NCBI GenBank assembly: GCA_044224875.1
Contig: JBGAJQ010000005.1
Location: forward strand, 78,317 to 142,316
Source: Gemmatimonadaceae bacterium
GTDB lineage: Bacteria > Gemmatimonadota > Gemmatimonadetes > Gemmatimonadales > Gemmatimonadaceae
Length of the DNA: 64,000 bases
Direction: 5' to 3'
Part shown: positions 53,197 through 62,813 of the stretch, piece after piece
How positions within the stretch are numbered: position 1 is the stretch's first letter
Layout: every line of letters begins with the position of its first letter
Notes under the pieces: generated by a model
What the model saw: the letters and a program-made list of their open reading frames with translations, nothing else
The model's database searches: none
Told to the model about the DNA's origin: nothing
Made by a program: the position numbers and the translations under genes

Positions 53197-53598
53197 ATGC
53201 GTCTTCGTCGTCAGTTGCCGGTAGCTGGTCTTGTAGTGCTGGCAGCCGGATGTTCATCAAGTGGTCCGTCAGCTCCGCCTGGCGCATTGCTCGGCAAGTG
53301 GGGTGGTCAAGGCGCCGAGCTGACTGCCAGCGCCACGACCATCGATATGCGGATCGGGTGCGGTCTGTACCGGGCTGCCGGCCCGCTGATACCGGACGCG
53401 GCCGGCCGGTTTGTGCTGGAGCTTGGGCCGGGCGGTCGCACGAACCTGTCGGCCACGGTCACGGGCACGGCGAGCGGCGCGACGATCGCACTCGACGCGG
53501 CGCTTCACCTGCCGTGGGGTGAGTCCTCGGGTCGCTTTGTCGTCGCGCACGGGGTCGCCGCGAACTACACGTACCTCAGCTGCACCCTGTTACCGTAG
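53197..53598 (+). CDS. Hypothetical lipoprotein
   Basis: AGGAGG RBS; lipobox LAAGC; G.WGG motif. Confidence 0.7.
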   Translation: MRLRRQLPVAGLVVLAAGCSSSGPSAPPGALLGKWGGQGAELTASATTIDMRIGCGLYRAAGPLIPDAAGRFVLELGPGGRTNLSATVTGTASGATIALDAALHLPWGESSGRFVVAHGVAANYTYLSCTLLP

Positions 53599-53606
53599 AT
53601 GTCGCA

Positions 53607-54614
53607 TCAGGTGACTGCGGCGATACTCGGCCCCATCGCCGCGGCCTCGGCGGTTCGCTCGCGTCGTCGCAGCCACCGCTGATGCTGACCAAGGAGCGCA
53701 TCCGCCCCGATCAGGCGATCCGGAGAAAACTGGATGCCGTTGCCGGCCTCGATGTCCGGCTGCAGGAACGCGCGAATGAACTGCGCGCGGACGCGAACAT
53801 CAAGCGCATCAACCAACACGCCAAGTCGTCGCCTGGGCATCCAGATGACGACGTGAACGCGCGACTTTCCCTGTGACCGGGGGTGAACGCTCACGAGGCC
53901 AAACGTCAGCGTGCGCCGAAACCTCGAGGCCACCTGGACCATCGTCCCGCACACGTGCCGCACAGTCATCTCTACCCTTGGGCCGGCTACAACGCGAGTC
54001 AATCGATCGCGCCACGACCCGCCAACAACCTCGAACTGCGCCTTGGCGGAAAAGAAGGTCTCGCGCTCTTCAACAGCGGGTGCTCCAACAAGTCGCCGGT
54101 CGTGAGCAGACAGAAAGTGCTGTCCGTCGAATCCGTTGGCGCATGCCAGCCACCACGGCATCTTCACATCGAAGGCGAATGGCGGCGCCGAGATAAGATC
54201 GGAGGGGTCAACATCGGGGAAGAACGGAAGGTGCTCGTCGCCAGCGGAGGCCGTGTGGAAGAAGGCGTGCCCGCCAACCACGGTGGTGCAATACGCGGCA
54301 AGCCGCGCGACGGCGGGCGGATGTTCTCCTGAGGGAGTGCCTGCACAGGAGCCGTCAGCTGCAAAGCGCCAACCGTGTAACGGGCAGTGCAGCTGCCCGT
54401 CCACGATCGAACCGCGCCACAATTTGGCTGCAAAGTGCGGACACCGTCCGTCCAGTACGTGCGCGGCACCATCGTTCGCAAACGCGACATAGTCGTGCTT
54501 GCCGAGGCGAACTCTAGTCGGCTGTCGAATCGAGGTGACCGGGCCAGCGTAGTACCAACCGCGCGGGACGAGCGGAAGCGCCGTATCGCTCCCGTCGGTC
54601 AACGTGGTGGTCAT
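53607..54614 (-). CDS. Rieske non-heme iron oxygenase alpha subunit
   Basis: CPH...CPLHGW Rieske motif; NGFDGQHFLSAH mononuclear-iron motif; C-terminal QPD. Confidence 0.88.
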   Translation of the reverse strand: MTTTLTDGSDTALPLVPRGWYYAGPVTSIRQPTRVRLGKHDYVAFANDGAAHVLDGRCPHFAAKLWRGSIVDGQLHCPLHGWRFAADGSCAGTPSGEHPPAVARLAAYCTTVVGGHAFFHTASAGDEHLPFFPDVDPSDLISAPPFAFDVKMPWWLACANGFDGQHFLSAHDRRLVGAPAVEERETFFSAKAQFEVVGGSWRDRLTRVVAGPRVEMTVRHVCGTMVQVASRFRRTLTFGLVSVHPRSQGKSRVHVVIWMPRRRLGVLVDALDVRVRAQFIRAFLQPDIEAGNGIQFSPDRLIGADALLGQHQRWLRRRERTAEAAAMGPSIAAVT

Positions 54615-54803
54615 TCGATGCCCCCGGTCAGACGCAGATCGCGCATCAAGTTGTATGGCTCGTTTGACCCCTCGTCCCCGCGAAGATAGCCCGGATGCGG
54701 ACCGCGCGCCAATTCGCCATGTTTCAATACATCTCCGGCACTCCACGCGCGGGCGCAATTGGTCCACCGCCCGATTCTGGGCTCATGAATCCAAAGGTGC
54801 GTC

Positions 54804-55157
54804 ATGACGACGATCACTCGGAATCGAAGCGTTCCACGGGGGCCGAAGTCGCTGAGTATGTCGCTCCTCGTCAGCGTAGCGCTCGTTGTGCCATTCGCAA
54901 TCCTCGAACTGATCACCCGGAGAGGCTACAACGAAGAGTTTCCCTTCACGCTCTTCGCGTTTATGTCGGTGCTCTCGCTGGTGATCGTTACGCTGATCAC
55001 GCCGGTGTTGCGACGCATTCGGGCCGATCGAAGTCTCGGTGCGCTGACCATGGCAGAATGGGCCGTCATCCTGCTTATCGCGGTCCTCGGATATGCCTAC
55101 GTAAGTGTTGTCATTGATCAGCTCCCGTGCTTCCTTGGTGTGCCGAACTGCGACTGA
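54804..55157 (+). CDS. Small membrane protein
   Basis: Three TM segments; ends DQLPCFLGVPNCD. Confidence 0.7.
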   Translation: MTTITRNRSVPRGPKSLSMSLLVSVALVVPFAILELITRRGYNEEFPFTLFAFMSVLSLVIVTLITPVLRRIRADRSLGALTMAEWAVILLIAVLGYAYVSVVIDQLPCFLGVPNCD

Positions 55158-55172
55158 GACGAGGAGGGTCCT

Positions 55173-55541
55173 ATGCCCCACGGCAAGATTTGTTATCTCG
55201 AAATCCCGGCAAACCGCTCCGAAGACTCGGCGCGCTTCTACTCGGACATCTTCGGTTGGAAGGTGCGAGAACGCGGGGACGGGAACCTCGCATTCGATGA
55301 CCCTTCGGGGGTGAGCGGCACCTGGGTGAAGGAAGCCGATCGAACTCCCGACGAACGCACGCGCACTTACATCATGGTAGACAGCATTGCCGCGGCGTTG
55401 CAGCAAATCGAACAAGCGGGCGGGCGAGTGCTCACACCGCGCACAGACATTGGGCCGGGAATGGGAGTATTCGCGGCGTTTGCCGATCCTGTGGGAAACG
55501 AGTTTGGTTTGTACGAGGAACCGCAGCGGCCGCCCGGCTAG
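55173..55541 (+). CDS. VOC/glyoxalase family protein
   Basis: GKICYLEIPA...RFY..IFGW...YIMVD...AGG.V...FA.F.DP.GN.FGL. Confidence 0.9.
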   Translation: MPHGKICYLEIPANRSEDSARFYSDIFGWKVRERGDGNLAFDDPSGVSGTWVKEADRTPDERTRTYIMVDSIAAALQQIEQAGGRVLTPRTDIGPGMGVFAAFADPVGNEFGLYEEPQRPPG

Positions 55542-55743
55542 TCTCTTCGCAACGCTCCAACAGACTAACGCGCGTCGCCTGTCGCGTTGGTAGCACTGCG
55601 GCGAGCGACCGGCTGCCGCGAGCACCAACACGGCGAACGCAATGCAAGCGAGTCTCGCGCGCGCACATTGGCCGCGAGCGACCGCAACGCGCCACCGACG
55701 ACACCGCTAATAAGAATCGCGCACGGAGAAGGTCGTAAGCCAA

Positions 55744-58518
55744 GTGATGACTTCCACTACTCTCTGGGGCGTGCTGGTTGCTATGGCGTCCGCCATCCAG
55801 CAACCCGCTGCAGCCGGGCCGGCCCGAGATGCCGTGAACACGGCGATTCGGGCGGTTGAAGCTGACAGCGTCGTTGCCCTTCGGGCTCGTTCGCGTGCGA
55901 CGTTGGCCAAGGATCCACGGGATGCGACCGCGTCGCTTACCCTGGCGACGCTCTCGCGCCTTACGTATGACTACGCCGATGCCGACCGGCGCTTCACGCA
56001 TCTGGCCGGCGACGGCAGCGCCCCCGCGATCTCGCGGACCTACGCCCGACTCGGGCTTGGTCTTTCCCACGCGTCCCGATGGCACTTCTTGCAGGCGGGA
56101 ACGTTTCTTTCGCAGGCGGCGCAGGAGGCGCGAGCCACCAGCGACCGCGCGGGAGAAGTGGAAGCCCTCATAGGTCTCCTGCGCTTGGTTGCGCGAGTGG
56201 GGAATCCCGACAGTGCGCGGGCGCTCGTCGCGCGAGTCAGCAGCCTGCTGCCGACCTCAGATCCTTCGATCAATGCGACGAGTTTCTGCCTGCTGGCCGG
56301 CGTGGCGCGCCAAGCCAGCATGGCACGCGCCGATTCGCTGCTGACCCTCGGCCGCGAGTCCGCACAACGCGGGCATCGCCGAGCACGCGGCGCGTGTCAG
56401 CTACTGAGCGCTCAAGTCATGGAAGTACGCGGCCAAATGGCGCGGGCCGTCGACACGACGGCGGCGGCCGTCGACTCGCTCCGTCGCAGCCGCGATAGCG
56501 AATGGCTCGCAACGGCCTTGCAGTATCAGGCCTACCAGGGACTGTTCACCCTCACCTTCGATCTCGTCCGCACTGTGGCCGTCGATGCCGTGCGAGAAGG
56601 CGCACGTTCTGGAAATGTTGTTGCTGCCGGCTGGGCCGCGCTCAACCTGGCACAGCACGCGCTCCGCTTGGGTGATGTGTCGGAGGCCAGCCGCCGGGCA
56701 CAACGTGCCTTTGCGACCCTCGATTCGCTGGGGGACCGGTATGGCGTAGCCAATGCGTTGTTTGTGGTCGGGGATGCGGCGTTCCTCGGCGGGCGCTTTG
56801 CGTCGGCCCAACGTTCCTTCGAACAGGCCGATTCCCTGTACGTCGTGCTCGGCGCGGCATCCTCGAGGCCTGCCGCCCTGTATCGACTGGCCGCCCTGGC
56901 GCGTGAGCAACGCCAACCGGCACGGGCAGCGGCGTTGCTCGACAGTGTCATCGCCATTGCCACGCGCGTCGGTGGCCGTGGGTGGCTGGACGTCGATGTG
57001 CCGTATGAGCGGGGAATGCAGGGACTGGCGCGCGGGGACTGGCGATTGGCAATCCGGGAGTTCGAGCTGTTTCGCCGCAACGTTGGCAACGCACCGCACT
57101 ATCACTACGACGCACGACATCGGATCGCGCAGGCCCTCGTGGCCGGCGGCCGCCTCGACTCGGCCAAGGCCGTGTTAGGCGCCGCCGTGACCGTTGGCAC
57201 CCTTCGTGAATTCCTCGCCGATCGCACGTCACGGGTGACCGTACTGAGTGGGCGACGGTTCGACCTGGACCCCGACCTTGGGCTGGCTTCGATTGTCTCG
57301 GGATTTGTGGTCGGCGGCCGACCGGCGGAGGCGCTGCAGATCGCCGATGCACGCCGTGCGAGAAATCTGCGAGAACAGGCCTTGAGGCGTCTGGCCCTGG
57401 TTCGAGATTCTGTGCAGGCTCGCCAGGTGGCCGGGCGACGCGCCGAGTGGGATAGCCTGAACGTGGCCGCCTTTCGCCGGAGCCTACCAGCTTCAACGGC
57501 GGCGCTGGCGTACGTGACCGGGCGCGGCCGAGAACCCACCACGCTCTTTGTCCTGACCGCGGCGGGCATCGCCGCGCATCATCTACCGCCCGCTGACACG
57601 CTCGCGAGCGCCATTCGCCGTTTCGTGTCGGTCGTGGCATCGGGCGGATCTGGCGGTGCGCTGGCCCGCTCGTTAGGTCAGACGTTGCTGGATAGCGCCC
57701 TCGTCCGACTTGGTACGGGGATCACACGCTTGGTGATTGTACCTGACGGCCCGCTGCACCGGCTTCCCTTCGACGCGCTGCGGCTAGCGGACGGCCGTCT
57801 CGTGCTGGAACGCTACGAGGTCACGCTCGCGCCATCGCTGCGGGTAGCCCAAGGGTGGTGGGAATCGCCGCTGCCCGTGCGACCGGGACTCGTCGTGGCG
57901 CTGGGCGATCCCGCAGTCGATCGGGCGACCGGGCTCCCCGCGCTGCCGGCATCACGTACCGAGGCGCGCCTGGTCGGCGCGTTCGTCCGCAGCAGCCGAG
58001 TGCAGATAGGCGCCGAGGCATCGGAACACGCCCTCGCCACGATGGACCTGGGCACCGTTCGTGTGCTGCACATCGCCGCCCATGCCCAAGCGGAAGACTG
58101 GGGCATCCTGAACAACGCACTGTACCTGTCTCCGGGGGAAGAAGAGGACGGCCGGATGGGCACCGAAGAAATCGCACAGCTGCAACTCGACACCGAACTG
58201 GTGGTCCTCTCCGCATGCCGGACCTTGGGCGGTGTGGTGACGGTGGGGGAGGGGCTGCAGGGACTCGTGGCGCCATTTCTGGAAGCCGGCGCCCGGTCGG
58301 TCGTGGCCACCTATTGGGATATGGAAGACCGCGCCCTGCTCGGCCTGATGCGTACGATGTACGGCGAGCTTCGTGATGGGGGAGCCGCGGCGGCCGCGTT
58401 ACGGAGCGCCAAACTCACCGCCTTGCGCAGCGGCGCACCGGCCAGCGTCTGGGCGGGAGTCGCCGTCTATGGAGATGGTGGAGTGCGACCGCTCGCCGGC
58501 GTCATGGCTTCGAAATAA
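55744..58518 (+). CDS. TPR-CHAT (caspase-like) protease with signal peptide
   Basis: Signal-like N-terminus; TPRs; LVIVPDGPLHRLPFDAL, VLHIAAHA (His), LVVLSACRT (Cys), GEGLQGL..PFL.AGARSVVAT.W. Confidence 0.9.
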   Translation: MMTSTTLWGVLVAMASAIQQPAAAGPARDAVNTAIRAVEADSVVALRARSRATLAKDPRDATASLTLATLSRLTYDYADADRRFTHLAGDGSAPAISRTYARLGLGLSHASRWHFLQAGTFLSQAAQEARATSDRAGEVEALIGLLRLVARVGNPDSARALVARVSSLLPTSDPSINATSFCLLAGVARQASMARADSLLTLGRESAQRGHRRARGACQLLSAQVMEVRGQMARAVDTTAAAVDSLRRSRDSEWLATALQYQAYQGLFTLTFDLVRTVAVDAVREGARSGNVVAAGWAALNLAQHALRLGDVSEASRRAQRAFATLDSLGDRYGVANALFVVGDAAFLGGRFASAQRSFEQADSLYVVLGAASSRPAALYRLAALAREQRQPARAAALLDSVIAIATRVGGRGWLDVDVPYERGMQGLARGDWRLAIREFELFRRNVGNAPHYHYDARHRIAQALVAGGRLDSAKAVLGAAVTVGTLREFLADRTSRVTVLSGRRFDLDPDLGLASIVSGFVVGGRPAEALQIADARRARNLREQALRRLALVRDSVQARQVAGRRAEWDSLNVAAFRRSLPASTAALAYVTGRGREPTTLFVLTAAGIAAHHLPPADTLASAIRRFVSVVASGGSGGALARSLGQTLLDSALVRLGTGITRLVIVPDGPLHRLPFDALRLADGRLVLERYEVTLAPSLRVAQGWWESPLPVRPGLVVALGDPAVDRATGLPALPASRTEARLVGAFVRSSRVQIGAEASEHALATMDLGTVRVLHIAAHAQAEDWGILNNALYLSPGEEEDGRMGTEEIAQLQLDTELVVLSACRTLGGVVTVGEGLQGLVAPFLEAGARSVVATYWDMEDRALLGLMRTMYGELRDGGAAAAALRSAKLTALRSGAPASVWAGVAVYGDGGVRPLAGVMASK

Positions 58519-59122
58519 GCTGTCGGGCGACGGTACGTTGTTCGACCCCCTCAGGAGTGATCGCCAACACCTGGAGTGACAGCTGCATGTTGGGTTGGAG
58601 CTGGGCATCCGACGGAATCACCAGCGTGGTGTCCTTGGTCTGAACGGTCCAGACTGGGTCCGCATTGGGGTCCAGCAGCTCGACAACGTAGGTCGCGCGC
58701 TCCAGACGGCGCCATGTGATCCGGCTGCCAGGAGCAATGAATCGCTCTGTGGCGACCGGTTCCACCAAGCGGAACGTGTCTTCCACACCCCGCAGCACCG
58801 GTCCGCGATCGGCCACAATTCGCCTGGCGAGCGGAAGACCCACCGCCAGCAAGGCCGCGGCGGCGATGGCGACGTACCAGGTGCGATTCGCCTGGCGTCG
58901 CGACCCTTCGCGCGCCAACGCACGCAGCATCATGTACGCATCGCGGGATTCCCGATCGGCAAGCACCGAGTCCAGCCGCGCCAGCCCGGCGGCATCCCAC
59001 GGAGGGTGTTCCGCCAGCTCGAGGATTTCCTCGATCGGCACGGGCGGCGTTGGAGTTGACGGATCACCTCGGCGGTCGCGCAATCGGGCGTAGGCGCGCA
59101 TCAATTCGGGGTCGCTGGTCAT
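58502..59122 (-). CDS. Putative single-pass anti-sigma factor
   Basis: ATGA-coupled to the ECF sigma; helical N-domain; TM WYVAIAAAALLAVGLPL; PVLRG; beta-rich C-domain. Confidence 0.7.
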   Translation of the reverse strand: MTSDPELMRAYARLRDRRGDPSTPTPPVPIEEILELAEHPPWDAAGLARLDSVLADRESRDAYMMLRALAREGSRRQANRTWYVAIAAAALLAVGLPLARRIVADRGPVLRGVEDTFRLVEPVATERFIAPGSRITWRRLERATYVVELLDPNADPVWTVQTKDTTLVIPSDAQLQPNMQLSLQVLAITPEGVEQRTVARQLISKP

Positions 59123-59670
59123 CGCTCCTCTCTGGCCGCACGATCCTGCAGTGTGTGTTTTAAGTCTTCCAACCCACGGTACAACAGGTTGCGTGCCTTT
59201 CCCTCGCTCCAGTCGAGCAATTCGGCGATCTCGCTCAGGTGTCGTCCGTCCAGGTGCAATCGCACAGCAATCCGCCGCTCCGGCGCCAGACGGCCTAACG
59301 CTTCGCCGAGCGCGGCTTCCAACCCCTCAGCCGTCACGTCGGTTGAGGCGTGGACCGTCACCGCACGGTCGAGCGACAAGTGGTCACGGTCCCGACGCCG
59401 TCGCAGGTAGTCGACCATCGCTGAGCGCACGATGCGGTACATATAGGACGAAGTGAGCGCGCTCCGTTTCTCACCGGAGTCTTTCGTGGCGCGCCAGACG
59501 CGTATGCGAACTTCCTGGCGCAAGTCGTCCAAGTCGGCCCACGAGATCCCAAAGCGCGTGGCCGTCCGCGCAATCAGGCCACTCCACTGGCTCACGTGAC
59601 GCTCGATTTCGTCAGAGTCAGTAGGAACGGGTGGGCTGGCCGAGCCCGCGGCATCGTATGACTCGGACAT
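59119..59670 (-). CDS. ECF RNA polymerase sigma factor
   Basis: DLDDLRQEVRIRVW (region 2); LAPERRIAVRLHL.G...SEIAELL.WSEGKARNLLYRG (region 4). Start is 59670 or 59760. Confidence 0.88.
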   Translation of the reverse strand: MSESYDAAGSASPPVPTDSDEIERHVSQWSGLIARTATRFGISWADLDDLRQEVRIRVWRATKDSGEKRSALTSSYMYRIVRSAMVDYLRRRRDRDHLSLDRAVTVHASTDVTAEGLEAALGEALGRLAPERRIAVRLHLDGRHLSEIAELLDWSEGKARNLLYRGLEDLKHTLQDRAAREER

Positions 59671-59815
59671 CGGTGAATGTTCGTCCGTGTCAGCGAGGGC
59701 AGCAAGGGATCCAGCGGTTACCGGCGCGGACGTTCTCTGTCTGGGACCTGCACTCACCATGGCCGTGATCGCGCTGCGTTCGGACGGTCGTAGGACAGCA
59801 AACCGCGGCGAGTGA

Positions 59816-59843
59816 GAAAAGCGACGCGCCTCTGCGTTCTATG
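59816..59843 (+). promoter_or_regulatory. Candidate ECF promoter GAAA-N15-CGTT upstream of LamG lipoprotein 1
   Basis: GAAAAGCGACGCGCCTCTGCGTTCTATG; 19/28 identical to 61378-61405. Confidence 0.4.
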
Positions 59844-59956
59844 GTGGGACGGCCATCGCGACTACGGACTCGGCCACTCGGGCGAGGCGGTGGTGCTCAA
59901 GTCCGCGATCCGCCGCGCCGTGTGACGCGAACCAAAGGCTACGGGAGAATGGGACG

Positions 59957-61318
59957 ATGAACCGATCGACGAAGCTTGGCGCCTGCTTGATGGTGATAAC
60001 GGGTTGCGGCTGGGACGCGATCAGCGACCCGCACCGCATCGTGCCGTCAGCCGCGGTCAACACCGACAGTCGGGTTCTCTCACTGTGTGCTCCGCCGCCG
60101 AGCGGCAAGGTGGCGTGGTGGCGGGGCGACATGGATGCTTTCGATAACGCGCGATCGAACCACGGCACGGCGCAACAAGGGGCGACCTTCAGTCCCAGCG
60201 GGATGGTGGGGGCGGCCTTCCAGTTCGATGGTGTCGACGACGCAGTCCGTGTCCCGGCCTCGGCGAGTATGAACGTCGGCGTGGGAAACGGCTTCAGTAT
60301 GTCGGCGTGGATTCACCCTGACGGCACGAGTTCATCGGGTCCGAACGGGGCCGGGCCGATCATCGAGTACGACAACGGCACCAACCTCTGGCAATACGCG
60401 GCCACCGGCACCACTGGGCTGACCTTCGAATTCCAGACGACCGTCGGGTCTCTGTTTGCGGTGTCGGTGACCAGCGGAATCACCCCCGGCGCCTGGAATC
60501 ATGTGGCCGCCACCTACAACCGTGCCAACGGCTTCGTCTTCCTCTACATCAATGGGACACTCTTCGGGTCGCTGTTCATCGGGTCACACGTGGCCGTGAC
60601 GAGCACTCCCTTGACGCTTGGCGCACGGCCGGCGACGAGCTACGCCACGAAGCGCGGATCCTTCAATGGTCGCATCGACGACGTGCAGATCCACAATCGA
60701 ACGCTCTCGTCGGGGGAAATCGCGGGAATGTACATGACCGCGCTGCAGGGCGTCTGCCAGCTGGTCGCGGTCATGACGATACCGACCATTGTCGTCGAGG
60801 GCGTTCCGGCGGCGTTCGACTTCAGTGCCTCGACTGGCCAGCCGAATACCACCCTGAGTTTCTATGTGGACTCTGGCAATTCCGGTGGATATTTCGGTCC
60901 GTTAATTCCCAAGCGGGACGTGACATACCCGGACAACGGGACGTACTTCCCGACCATGTCGCTCAACAGTCCGTCGCTACCGTTCGCGCGCCAGAATGCG
61001 GTGGTGAACGTGACGAACGCGATTCCAGTCCCGCAAATCACGCTGGTGACGCCCCCCCCAATTCACGCCGGCGTGCCATTTCTCGTGCGCCTCGGATTCA
61101 GCGATACGGGAACACGTGACGCACCCTGGGGCTTCGCCCTGTTCCGCAACTCGACGCTCCTGCAATCGGGCAGCGTTACCAGACAGCCGCCGGTGGGTGG
61201 CGGTCAAACCGTGTCGCTGACGGTTGCCAACGCGGGGACGGTCACGTTCCGGTTTGAGGTGACGGACAAGGATGGTGCCACGGGGAGCGCGTCAGTGCCG
61301 GTAACGATCGTGCCCTGA
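59957..61318 (+). CDS. LamG-like jellyroll plus PKD/Ig-like lipoprotein, paralog 1
   Basis: Lipobox ITGC; VAWWRGD...AFQFDG...SMSAWI...WNHVAATY...LYING...FNGRIDDVQI.NR.LS; YPDNGTY; VTDKDGATG. Confidence 0.85.
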   Translation: MNRSTKLGACLMVITGCGWDAISDPHRIVPSAAVNTDSRVLSLCAPPPSGKVAWWRGDMDAFDNARSNHGTAQQGATFSPSGMVGAAFQFDGVDDAVRVPASASMNVGVGNGFSMSAWIHPDGTSSSGPNGAGPIIEYDNGTNLWQYAATGTTGLTFEFQTTVGSLFAVSVTSGITPGAWNHVAATYNRANGFVFLYINGTLFGSLFIGSHVAVTSTPLTLGARPATSYATKRGSFNGRIDDVQIHNRTLSSGEIAGMYMTALQGVCQLVAVMTIPTIVVEGVPAAFDFSASTGQPNTTLSFYVDSGNSGGYFGPLIPKRDVTYPDNGTYFPTMSLNSPSLPFARQNAVVNVTNAIPVPQITLVTPPPIHAGVPFLVRLGFSDTGTRDAPWGFALFRNSTLLQSGSVTRQPPVGGGQTVSLTVANAGTVTFRFEVTDKDGATGSASVPVTIVP

Positions 61319-61377
61319 GGGCGAACCGCCCGGTCGGAGCGCGGATCGTGCTGGAGTCCCAGGCACCAGGAAGCGGC

Positions 61378-61405
61378 GAACAGCCGCCCTTCGCTGCGTT
61401 TCATG
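61378..61405 (+). promoter_or_regulatory. Candidate ECF promoter GAAC-N15-CGTT upstream of LamG lipoprotein 2
   Basis: GAACAGCCGCCCTTCGCTGCGTTTCATG. Confidence 0.4.
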
Positions 61406-61460
61406 TCGGAATGGCGTCTCGAACAATCGTGACACACGAAGGCCACAGGAGCACGCAGTT

Positions 61461-62813
61461 ATGAACTGGCGCATGACGATTAGTGGATGCATGGTGGTGT
61501 TGACCGCCTGCGATACGGCAGTGACCAGCGAACCGCCGCGCGTCTTTGCATCAGCCGCAACGAGCGCCGGAAATGGGGTGCTTTCCACATGCGCTCCACC
61601 GCCGAGTGGCAACGTCGCGTGGTGGCGCGGCGACCTGAATGCCCTTGATGCGGCAGGAGCGAACCATGGAACCCTCCAGAACGGAACGACCTTCAGCTCG
61701 ACTGCGAAGGTGGGGGTCGCCTTCCGGCTCGATGGTGTCAACGACGCAGTCCGTGTCCCGGCCTCGGCGAGCCTGAACGTCGGCGTGGGAGCCGGGTTCA
61801 GCATGTCGGCGTGGATTCATCCTGACGGCACGAGTTCATCGGGTCCGAACGGGGCTGGGCCGATCATCGAGTACGACAACGGCGCCAACCTCTGGCAGTA
61901 CGCGGCCACCGGCACCACCGGACTGACCTTCGAGTTCAGGACGACCGCAGGGTTTCTGTTTGGCGTGTCGGTGGCCAGCGGGATCACCCCCGGCGCCTGG
62001 AATCATGTGGCCGCCACCTACAACCGTGCCAACGGTTTCGTCTTCCTGTACATCAATGGAGCGCTGTTCGCGACCCAATTCATCGGGTCGCACGTGGCCG
62101 TGACGAGCACCCCCTTGACGCTTGGCGCACGTCCGTCGACGAGCTACGCCACCAAGCGCGGATCCTTCAACGGCCGCATCGACGACGTGCAGATCCACAA
62201 TCGAACGCTCTCGTCGGGGGAAATCTCGGGTATGTACATGACCGCGCTGCAGGGTCTCTGCCAGCTGGTCGCCGCCTTCACAGCTCCAACGAGTATCGTC
62301 GAGGGAGTTCCGGCAACGTTCGACCTCAGCGCCGCGACTGGGCAGCCCTCTGCCCTCGAACATTTCGACGTGGGGACCGGTGGTGGATACACCGGGCCAT
62401 TCATTCCTAGTCTTCGTTCCACCTACCTGGACAACGGGACATATTTCCCTACGCTTGCCCTCACTGACGGGGACCTGAGTGCGGTGCTCCAGAGGCTGGT
62501 GACCGTGACCAACGCCACCCCGGTCGTGCAAGTGTCGCTCGTGACGAGTCCGCCTATTCGCGCAGGGGTGCCGTTCCAGGTACGGCTGGGATTCAACGAT
62601 ACGGGAACGCTCGACGGACCCTGGGGCTTCTCCCTGTTCCGCAACTCGACACTCCTGCAATCGGGCAGCGTTCCCACGCAACCGCCGGTGGGTGGTGGTC
62701 AGACTGTGTCGCTGACGGTTGCCAACCCGGGGACGGTCACGTTCCGGCTTGAGGTGACGGACAAGGATGGTGCCACGGGCACCGCCTCACTCCCTGTGAC
62801 GGTGATTCCCTGA
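61461..62813 (+). CDS. LamG-like jellyroll plus PKD/Ig-like lipoprotein, paralog 2
   Basis: AGGAG RBS; lipobox VLTAC; same domain motifs as paralog 1. Confidence 0.85.
   Translation: MNWRMTISGCMVVLTACDTAVTSEPPRVFASAATSAGNGVLSTCAPPPSGNVAWWRGDLNALDAAGANHGTLQNGTTFSSTAKVGVAFRLDGVNDAVRVPASASLNVGVGAGFSMSAWIHPDGTSSSGPNGAGPIIEYDNGANLWQYAATGTTGLTFEFRTTAGFLFGVSVASGITPGAWNHVAATYNRANGFVFLYINGALFATQFIGSHVAVTSTPLTLGARPSTSYATKRGSFNGRIDDVQIHNRTLSSGEISGMYMTALQGLCQLVAAFTAPTSIVEGVPATFDLSAATGQPSALEHFDVGTGGGYTGPFIPSLRSTYLDNGTYFPTLALTDGDLSAVLQRLVTVTNATPVVQVSLVTSPPIRAGVPFQVRLGFNDTGTLDGPWGFSLFRNSTLLQSGSVPTQPPVGGGQTVSLTVANPGTVTFRLEVTDKDGATGTASLPVTVIP

Larger units (their letters stand above)
60225..62813 (+). repeat. 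Tandem gene duplication with long near-identical nucleotide blocks
   Basis: About 60225-60770 matches about 61730-62270 with few mismatches (e.g. CCTGACGGCACGAGTTCATCGGGTCCGAACGGGGC is identical); the 3' ends are also similar. Confidence 0.85.

Noticed and set aside
59957..62813. Diversity-generating retroelement TR/VR pair
   Set aside because: No reverse transcriptase, both copies are full genes, and the mismatches are not adenine-specific.
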